From a virus (taxonomy: Duplodnaviria > Caudoviricetes): 64,000 nt of DNA. The notes beneath the pieces were generated by a model. It did no database searches. It was not told the origin of the DNA and worked only from the letters and a program-made list of their open reading frames with translations. Made by a program: the position numbers and the translations under genes. Shown here one piece after another: positions 57,049 to 64,000 of this stretch; position 1 is the first letter of the stretch, and each line of letters opens with the position of its first letter. Location: the IMG/VR virus record IMGVR_UViG_3300027808_002667, positions 1-64,000 of that record, one strand, 5' to 3'.

Positions 57049-58734
57049 TTAGACATTTTCAAGGAATTTTCTTTGCATTTCGTGAATCTCATCCGGAGAT
57101 TTCGAGGATGCTGTAAACCATATTTCGTCAGTTGTTATTACTGGGGCTTCGTGTTCTGGAACGCCCCTGTCAACAATACCAAACGGAGTCAGATTTTCTT
57201 CAATCTGTTTAAATTGTTCTTCGTACAGGGCTTTTCTTAAATTGCTATCAGTTAGGTCTTTAAAAAACGATTCGTTAGTTGCCCATGCAAACAGTACTAG
57301 AGTCATGACCAAATCGTCATGATATCCCTCGTCTGCTTTGTGTGTTCCTCGAACTTCAATAAACGTAGAAATTTCGTTTATAATATCTGGATCATGAATT
57401 AGTAGTTTTGTGCCCTCAACTAAACTCTTGAACGATGTACATCCCAATCGTTTAACTTGTTTAGTTGTTCTCACACCAAGGGTTGCCCCATTTGAAAATC
57501 CGCCAGACAGATACTGTCCCGATTTACTGTTATTTCCGACAAAGAATACATTTTCGTATTCTAAGTCCATGTATAATGTATCAGCCACTTGCTGGCCGTT
57601 GTCATTAATCTCAACTAAACAATATGCTTTGTTGTAATCTTTTGCTACTTTATATATTATATTTGGAAAAAGCAAAGGACTTATTTTATTGTTTCTATAC
57701 TTTGCAACGACAGAATACGGGTATGCTGTGATATCCAATACCGTAAATGCTGAGTAATCTCCCCCCACTCCTCTGGATGTATCAGCTACAAGCATATACA
57801 CCTTGTCCTCTTCTGGTTCCTCAAATATATCTAAACCATCTTTACTATAGATATAGGGTTTAACCGACATTCTACCAATTGTATCCGGATTAACTAAAGT
57901 ATTAGAAGACCCGAGGAATCTACATAAAACCTCTTGGTTGAACTTGAGTTCGCCCAGCATAGCTTTTTGTTCTGCGGCCCATTTCTCATCTCTACCAGGA
58001 ATTTTGCTATATGGAATAAACAATGGAACAAACCCGTTTAATTTTTGCTCAGCTTCATTCCAGAATTTCCAGAAATGATTGTAGCCAAGCGGGGTAGATG
58101 TCAATAGAATCTTTGTGGTATTACCAGCAGAAATTGTTGGATAAACAGATGTGAAGAAATCTTCTGCAACATTATTAGGAATAATTGCTGCTTCGTCAAT
58201 GTACAACCAGTTTACAGATTTGCCTCGAATACCAGATGAGCTTGTTGCAGCTGTAAATACTTTAGAACCATTCTCTAGTTCAATGTCACCTTTGTTGAAT
58301 GTCTTTACACCCTGTTGCATCCATATTGGAAGCATTTCATACATTAGTTCATATCTAGAAAGTACTTCTCGAGCAGCGGAGGATTTGTTTGCTAATATAG
58401 CAACTGTTTTATTTTCCTGAAATAATGTATACCAGAGAATACAAGCAGCCGCAGTAATTGTCTTACCTTGTTGCCGACCTTCCATCAGAATAACTTTACG
58501 ATTATTAAGTATAATGTCTACTTTTTCTTTTTGACAATCGTATAATTTAAAAGGAATTAAACCTTTATCCAATGAAACAATTTTACAATAATTCTCAATA
58601 AAGTAAATTGGGTCTTGACTGCATTTTATAATTTCTTTAACCTGTTCCGGAGAATACGATATAATCGTACCAATCTGTTTTAGATTGGGGTTACCATTAT
58701 AGGATAATTTTTTACTGGTCGATGATTTTGTCAT
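57049..58734 (-). CDS. gp17: Terminase large subunit
   Basis: GRQQGKT, LYIDEAA, TSTPLG, ADTSRGVGGDYS, HDDLVM. Confidence 0.96.
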   Translation of the reverse strand: MTKSSTSKKLSYNGNPNLKQIGTIISYSPEQVKEIIKCSQDPIYFIENYCKIVSLDKGLIPFKLYDCQKEKVDIILNNRKVILMEGRQQGKTITAAACILWYTLFQENKTVAILANKSSAAREVLSRYELMYEMLPIWMQQGVKTFNKGDIELENGSKVFTAATSSSGIRGKSVNWLYIDEAAIIPNNVAEDFFTSVYPTISAGNTTKILLTSTPLGYNHFWKFWNEAEQKLNGFVPLFIPYSKIPGRDEKWAAEQKAMLGELKFNQEVLCRFLGSSNTLVNPDTIGRMSVKPYIYSKDGLDIFEEPEEDKVYMLVADTSRGVGGDYSAFTVLDITAYPYSVVAKYRNNKISPLLFPNIIYKVAKDYNKAYCLVEINDNGQQVADTLYMDLEYENVFFVGNNSKSGQYLSGGFSNGATLGVRTTKQVKRLGCTSFKSLVEGTKLLIHDPDIINEISTFIEVRGTHKADEGYHDDLVMTLVLFAWATNESFFKDLTDSNLRKALYEEQFKQIEENLTPFGIVDRGVPEHEAPVITTDEIWFTASSKSPDEIHEMQRKFLENV

Positions 58735-59137
58735 CTTTTTTACCTAACAATTTCATTAGTTCGCTAGTAGAACCAGCAAACACTACATTATTTTGTGTTC
58801 CAATTTGAACCGGATCGTCCGCCTGTAGTTCTTTAACCTGTTTCTGCAACCCCAACAAATCTTTTGAAACATCAGATAAGGTTTTAATAAATTGCCCCGT
58901 TACCTCATAGCTTCTAGGATGCTCAGAATTTTTAGATAGACTAATTAATTCCTCTAAAGTGTCTTCACCTTTTAGCAACAATTTTCTCATTGTTTGTCTG
59001 GCCAATTGGTAATCATCTTCCTGATCCATTGCTTTTGTTGCATTTAAATTTTCAGGAATTGTGGGCAAATTTGTATTTTCAGTTTCATCCATCGGATTGA
59101 TATTAAAAATATCATTCAAATTTTCTATATTTTTCAT
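58712..59137 (-). CDS. gp16: Terminase small subunit
   Basis: DYQLARQ, HPRSYEV, FAGSTSELMK; synteny. Confidence 0.88.
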   Translation of the reverse strand: MKNIENLNDIFNINPMDETENTNLPTIPENLNATKAMDQEDDYQLARQTMRKLLLKGEDTLEELISLSKNSEHPRSYEVTGQFIKTLSDVSKDLLGLQKQVKELQADDPVQIGTQNNVVFAGSTSELMKLLGKKDDKIIDQ

Positions 59138-59139
59138 AG

Positions 59140-59889
59140 TTAAAAGTCTTCAAAGTTTTCAATATATCCAAACGAATCGGTTACATTTGCAGTTACCGGA
59201 TCGGGTTGTACTGTTATTATTTGTTGCTGAGATGTAAGCTCCGCATCATTAAAAATATTGGATGTTGTCTTTTTAATAATACCTTGTTTACTAACAGGAC
59301 CGTAAAAATTAAGTTTTAGTACAAAACTCAATGTCCATATGATAGATCTTCTTGTAGTTAGATCTCCCTCATAATCATCTTCAAATCCTATAGAACTTAA
59401 GATTATAGGCAAATCGTTTTTAATATTAAGTTGCGGTACAGCTTTAATAGTTAAATTATAATCAGGATTAAAATAAGGTAGAATTTGTTCTATTACTTGT
59501 AATCCATCATCTTGATTTTTTGCATATACATATAAAATTACATTTATATTATAAGGTGTTGGGGCATATTGAGCATTTGCTGCAGTTGAACTATTAATTG
59601 TTCTTGATTGTTGAATTGGACTTATTTTTCTGTTGGGATCATAATCCAGCGATATCATCTCAAATCCCATTCTAGGCAATAAGACTTGTACATTCTGAGT
59701 ATCTACATCGGGTAGTTGTCTTATCTTAGTTAAGAATTTTTGTTTAGGCGAATATGATAACGGTACTTTTTGTAGTTGCACTACATTGCCATCAGCATCT
59801 GTTCTTTGTATGGTAATATTATTAAACATATTACCAAACGCAACGATTGCTTTACGGATTGTTCCCCAATAAAAACGTTGATCTAACAT
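59140..59889 (-). CDS. gp15: Tail sheath stabiliser / completion protein
   Basis: AFGNMFNNI, KVPLSYSPKQK, LPRMGFE, QILPYFNP. Confidence 0.92.
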   Translation of the reverse strand: MLDQRFYWGTIRKAIVAFGNMFNNITIQRTDADGNVVQLQKVPLSYSPKQKFLTKIRQLPDVDTQNVQVLLPRMGFEMISLDYDPNRKISPIQQSRTINSSTAANAQYAPTPYNINVILYVYAKNQDDGLQVIEQILPYFNPDYNLTIKAVPQLNIKNDLPIILSSIGFEDDYEGDLTTRRSIIWTLSFVLKLNFYGPVSKQGIIKKTTSNIFNDAELTSQQQIITVQPDPVTANVTDSFGYIENFEDF

Positions 59890-60638
59890 TATTTGTTAAC
59901 CTCACCAAACGGATTTCTTTCAGAAAAATCCAAAACGTTATCTGCTTCAGCAGTAAAATAATCATTATCCGCGGCAGTTGGATCATTATTTGTAGATTGT
60001 GTTTCATTAATTATAGGAGACAATGCGTTTGCTTCTGTAACTAAAGTTTCACCATTTTCTTGTAGCATTTCAAAATTGTCTAATGGGTCGGCAAATTGTT
60101 TAAATATGTCATCAATCTCACTAACTCCCGTATCAAATACTTCATTAGAGTATTGCATCAATTCGCAACTCATTCTAAATACAAATAACTTACCTACCTG
60201 GAAAAAAGGACTTTGGCTATCTACTTTTCGAATCTCAAATAAAGATTTTGTCAAAGGCATATAAATTATATCACCTTCTGCTGGTCTAATACTTAATACC
60301 GAAGTACCAGTTGATCCAACTGTCTCGACCCACCTTTTTCTAGCAACAACAAAATTAGCCTGATCTCTGATTTCCAAACCGAATTTAGTAATTATTTCAT
60401 CATCACCGTCGTAACCCGAAACATTTTCCATATACATCTCAATTGGATAAGCATGTTCATAACTATTATAAGGATCTTCAGTTAATATAGGATCGGGATT
60501 ATACGGTTTTCTAGGTAAATAGTAGACTTCTACGCCGTAAATCTTCATGGATTCGATAATCAAATCTTCGTATAAATTCTGTTCAGAAGAACGACCTATT
60601 GTTCTACCTGACTGAAAATAATGATTAACTGTTGCCAT
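59889..60638 (-). CDS. gp14: Neck protein
   Basis: ESMKIYG, YYLPR, KFGLEIRD, RPAEGDIIY, FFQVGK. Confidence 0.92.
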   Translation of the reverse strand: MATVNHYFQSGRTIGRSSEQNLYEDLIIESMKIYGVEVYYLPRKPYNPDPILTEDPYNSYEHAYPIEMYMENVSGYDGDDEIITKFGLEIRDQANFVVARKRWVETVGSTGTSVLSIRPAEGDIIYMPLTKSLFEIRKVDSQSPFFQVGKLFVFRMSCELMQYSNEVFDTGVSEIDDIFKQFADPLDNFEMLQENGETLVTEANALSPIINETQSTNNDPTAADNDYFTAEADNVLDFSERNPFGEVNK

Positions 60639-60645
60639 TTTACTA

Positions 60646-60674
60646 TTGACTTCCTATTGACATGATGTTATCAT
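60646..60674 (+). promoter_or_regulatory. sigma70-type promoter TTGACT-N17-TATCAT with extended -10, antisense to gp13
   Basis: 17 nt spacer, TG at extended -10, shares the CTATTGAYT context with uvsX and gp43 promoters. Confidence 0.55.
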
Positions 60675-60706
60675 CATCTATGTACCGGTTTAATAAAGTC
60701 TACAAA

Positions 60707-61450
60707 TTATCCAGTAAACATATCTACTGGTAATTCAAATCTAGATTGCATCTCTGCTTCAATCTTGTTTATCTCATCTAATGCGTCTTCATAAATTTTA
60801 TCGGCATTAAGTGTTACACCTCCAGGAAGTTGAACTCCGCTGAATTTTTTAAGATTCTCTCCCCATTGTCTTTTAAATAGAGCAGTGGTATATTGCTTTA
60901 AGAATCTGTCGTTATATACATCTCTGTATGTATCTGGGTCTAATATTCTGTAGCATTCCACAATGATGTAATCCCCTACATTTACATCACCTGCCCAATC
61001 CATATCAATGTACAACCTATTCATGTGCCTATTGAAACGGACTGGCTTTGTTCCAACCAATACTTGATTTATCAATTCTAATTCTTGTTTAACCTGATAG
61101 TAATATATTAGGTTTGTAGACATTAAACTATATAGATCGTTAATCAATATTTGGTAACGAATACTAAAAATATTCATACCATCTGATCTATCAGAAAACG
61201 GTAAAATTCTACTAACACCTACAACAGAATCAGGTATTGGTACATATAAGTTTGCTATATCTTGAGCCGTTATTTGGTGTTTTAAGTAGACCATTTCTAC
61301 AGCATCATAATGATAATCTCTATAGAATTGAAAAGCATCATCTATACGATCTTCGATTTGATCGTCGTCTATATTAATTTCAATAACAGGCGCACCTAAT
61401 CTGCGCAAGCAATAATCTTTAAGTTGTTCTCTTGTTGTTACTGTTGCCAT
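60707..61450 (-). CDS. gp13: Neck protein
   Basis: YCLRRLGAPVIEIN, KRQWGENLKKF, LPGGVTLN. Confidence 0.93.
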   Translation of the reverse strand: MATVTTREQLKDYCLRRLGAPVIEINIDDDQIEDRIDDAFQFYRDYHYDAVEMVYLKHQITAQDIANLYVPIPDSVVGVSRILPFSDRSDGMNIFSIRYQILINDLYSLMSTNLIYYYQVKQELELINQVLVGTKPVRFNRHMNRLYIDMDWAGDVNVGDYIIVECYRILDPDTYRDVYNDRFLKQYTTALFKRQWGENLKKFSGVQLPGGVTLNADKIYEDALDEINKIEAEMQSRFELPVDMFTG

Positions 61451-61776
61451 TATTTTGTTACTCCTGGATTTACGGTAACTATACCTTCTGTTATTCTTAT
61501 AACACTATTAGCATTATATGCTTCAACATCATATAGGTATCTGCCTGCTACTAAATTTGTAGTAACGGTTGAATCTAAATTCAAAGATACTATTCCATTT
61601 GCAACATCTGTAATTTGTGAAGTAAAACTTATAGCGTTTGCGCTATAATATGAACGTCGTAGTTGAGATCTTACAGCATACCCCGTCAATGAGGTGGGTG
61701 TTTTATTGTCTATATAATAAACACTTGTAGTAAAGCTTGCGCCTTGATCTATATTTAAATTTTTAGTTGTAGCCAT
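61450..61776 (-). CDS. Putative virion structural protein (beta-sandwich)
   Basis: NLNIDQGASF...GRYLYDVE...EGIVTVNPGVT; late cluster. Confidence 0.65.
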   Translation of the reverse strand: MATTKNLNIDQGASFTTSVYYIDNKTPTSLTGYAVRSQLRRSYYSANAISFTSQITDVANGIVSLNLDSTVTTNLVAGRYLYDVEAYNANSVIRITEGIVTVNPGVTK

Positions 61777-61970
61777 TATAGCCCGTTATTTTTTATTTCG
61801 TTGTCAACTAATGTCATTAAATCATCGTTTATTGTTGTGTGGATTCCCGATAATATAACTCTTACTTTGTCTTTAACTTTCTGCAATGAACCCACGGTTT
61901 CATAAATTTCTGCAGTTATAGTTGTAGTATCCGCAACATGATCTGCGGTAAGTTGTGTAATATTAATCAT
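61776..61970 (-). CDS. Hypothetical protein
   Basis: Coupled ORF in the late cluster. Confidence 0.55.
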   Translation of the reverse strand: MINITQLTADHVADTTTITAEIYETVGSLQKVKDKVRVILSGIHTTINDDLMTLVDNEIKNNGL

Positions 61971-62449
61971 TTGAATCTTCCGTAATAAATTCTATATGCT
62001 AAGTTAATTATGTCATCGCCAGCAATATTAATAAATCCTTGTCGGTCAAACTTGTGCTTGCATACTATTTTTAAAATTCCAGGTTCAACTATTGTTGTTA
62101 TAATAGATGAACCAAGATACAATCCTGTACTAGGTTGTATAATTTCTCTAATCATAACTGAACCAGACCCACTAATTACAGAACTTCCTGAACCTGCAAC
62201 CCCACCATTTACTTTATAAAATGGCATAACAAAGTAGTCATCAGTATTTATTAAAGAATTATTAATCAGAATAAATTCGTCAGAACGATCTACATAGTTG
62301 GCAGTTGGACTTAACGCTAATACTTTTGGAATATTAATAACGCCCGGTGTGTTATACAGTATATGTGGCATTCTTCTATTCAAAGAAAACTTAGTATTTC
62401 CCGACCTATCGGTTATATTGAATGCGCCAGAATTTAAAGAAATACCCAT
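61967..62449 (-). CDS. Putative virion/tail-associated protein
   Basis: Beta-rich ORF in the late cluster. Confidence 0.55.
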   Translation of the reverse strand: MGISLNSGAFNITDRSGNTKFSLNRRMPHILYNTPGVINIPKVLALSPTANYVDRSDEFILINNSLINTDDYFVMPFYKVNGGVAGSGSSVISGSGSVMIREIIQPSTGLYLGSSIITTIVEPGILKIVCKHKFDRQGFINIAGDDIINLAYRIYYGRFK

Positions 62450-63591
62450 TATTGAATTCCAAGATAAACTAAATTGCCTGTTATCTCCACGCTTCCGTTT
62501 AGGAAATAATTAGTTGTGTTATATTTGTATGTTAAAGAAGAACCAAGACCAGCAAGAGTTTCTCCCTGGGGCCAAATAATAACGTCTGTCTGTAATGTGA
62601 CCGCACCATTTCGTTCATCATATAAACCACCACTTTGAGGATCCTCGCCACTAGCATTTTCTATAGTTCTGCCTTCATTATAACCAGTTGTTATATAGTG
62701 AATAGTTGCATTATAAGTATCATATCCGTACAATGATCTAATATCTGCATATTTGTTTAAATACGCAATAGGATCAAACGTAATTGTTCTATCACCTTTT
62801 TCATTTGCATAATGTAATTGACCTTTAGTGTAATCTGATCCGTATGCAAGAATTAAATCTGTATAACTAGCAATATATCTTAATGCATCCGCGGGTGAAA
62901 TATAAAATAAGTTTATTGGCAATACACCGTTTGTTCCTTCAGGTTCTCCCGGAATACTATTTAAATATGAGTTAGGATTTATAGTTGTCGGTATTGAAGT
63001 TATTTCCTCATTTCCGGAAAGACCTCTTAAGAATAGATTTAAATCTGTTGGTATATACTCATAAACACCATTTACTAAATTTGCAGTATACAATAAATTT
63101 TTGCTAATTTCTATAGCATATCCTAAATCATTTGGTTGTTCTGTATAAACGTATTTGGAACCAACTCTTTCCCAATTATAATATGTATACTTTGTTTGTT
63201 TAGTAATCAACCCTGTGAATGTTTGACCACCTACAAAGAATTGAAAAAATCCTGTTCTAACAGGTGGCTTATCTAATAGTAAAAGATTAATAAATGTATT
63301 AGTATTTAAATCACCGTTAACAGAATAGTTTTCTATAAATGGTCCTAATACTGGAACATCCGGTCCAATATTTTCTCTTTTACTTATTTGACTGTAATCT
63401 GTAATCTTTATACCGGTCTGCGTTTCTTGATACAATCGCAAATCATTAGACTGTAAAGTTTTAGTAAAAGCGTAGTTTGCCGCAGATGAATATTGAGAAG
63501 TATTTTTGTAAAGATAACTATTGTCTGTACTAAATACATTACCCATTGAAACAAAATCTTGGGTTAAATTTAAAAGATATACATTAGCCAT
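62449..63591 (-). CDS. Putative virion protein with two Y(I/L)xxYxD...HY repeats
   Basis: Asn/Thr/Tyr-rich; repeats at ~62665-62895; start MANVYLL at 63591. Confidence 0.6.
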   Translation of the reverse strand: MANVYLLNLTQDFVSMGNVFSTDNSYLYKNTSQYSSAANYAFTKTLQSNDLRLYQETQTGIKITDYSQISKRENIGPDVPVLGPFIENYSVNGDLNTNTFINLLLLDKPPVRTGFFQFFVGGQTFTGLITKQTKYTYYNWERVGSKYVYTEQPNDLGYAIEISKNLLYTANLVNGVYEYIPTDLNLFLRGLSGNEEITSIPTTINPNSYLNSIPGEPEGTNGVLPINLFYISPADALRYIASYTDLILAYGSDYTKGQLHYANEKGDRTITFDPIAYLNKYADIRSLYGYDTYNATIHYITTGYNEGRTIENASGEDPQSGGLYDERNGAVTLQTDVIIWPQGETLAGLGSSLTYKYNTTNYFLNGSVEITGNLVYLGIQ

Positions 63592-63592
63592 A

Positions 63593-64000
63593 TTAGAAAG
63601 ATGGTACCGATGCTGTATTTTCAAACGCTAACAATGTGTATCTTCTTGTTAGTGTTGTTAATGAATCTGTATTAACAATATTTCGTTCTTTAATATAAAA
63701 TTTAGTACTATCCATTGCTAATGATACAATCCTAAATGAATTGTTATTTACAATTTGTACATATGTGTGTCCTGCTATAATTTCTCTTGTGTCATAATCT
63801 ATTAAAATTGCAGCAGGGACATAGCCAAAATTGTGTATTGCTATAGTATACTCATTTGTATTTTTAGTTGTTACTGTTGGATCGGGGTCCGCGGTAACTA
63901 AAGAATAATTTTGAACAAAATCTGTTTTCTGTATTATATTTAAATAGTCGAATCTAGTATCAAAATATATTCTATTCAAATATGTTGTTGGATTTGTCAA
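63593..64000 (-). CDS. Partial putative virion/tail protein (5' end outside the window)
   Basis: Open frame to right edge; YFDTRFDYL, HNFGYVP. Confidence 0.55.
   Translation of the reverse strand: MTNPTTYLNRIYFDTRFDYLNIIQKTDFVQNYSLVTADPDPTVTTKNTNEYTIAIHNFGYVPAAILIDYDTREIIAGHTYVQIVNNNSFRIVSLAMDSTKFYIKERNIVNTDSLTTLTRRYTLLAFENTASVPSF

Noticed and set aside
201-62513. Many short ORFs in the track on the opposite strand or in alternate frames
   Set aside because: They lie inside well-supported genes, lack SD sites and motifs, and look like shadow ORFs
1-64000. tRNAs, CRISPR arrays, homing endonucleases, introns, stop-codon recoding
   Set aside because: None recognised by eye; core genes are intact in code 11 with TAA/TAG/TGA as stops; tRNAscan and Rfam were not run

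Overview
Gene-dense, AT-rich 64 kb segment of a T4-like (myovirus) bacteriophage genome, almost all on the minus strand. In transcription order (right to left) it carries virion genes (gp13-gp23, gp3), the uvsY-uvsW-gp55 block, a 7-deazaguanine DNA-modification cluster (queE, folE, dpdA-like TGT, dpdL-like T-fold protein, two glycosyltransferases, galE, queD), gp47/gp46, a VWA-peptidase plus AAA ATPase pair, a ~9 kb glycan island (gmd, fcl/colC-like, colD-like, GT10, GT11 and other GTs), gp45-44-62-regA, an hsp20 operon with a ROSE-like leader, a plus-strand island (small membrane proteins, iscU, iscA, erpA), gp43, a secreted nuclease, uvsX and gp41. The Isc and DUF3563-like proteins suggest a betaproteobacterial host (inference). 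The most notable observation is that the DpdA-like enzyme and its neighbouring GT-A glycosyltransferase end in the same (S/T)LExLF tail as the DNA polymerase. This suggests a sliding-clamp-tethered, possibly glycosylated 7-deazaguanine DNA modification system, and a candidate pseudoknot covers the queD ribosome-binding site. All calls come from reading motifs and synteny by eye; no database searches or folding programs were run. No tRNA, CRISPR array, intron, intein or homing endonuclease was recognised.
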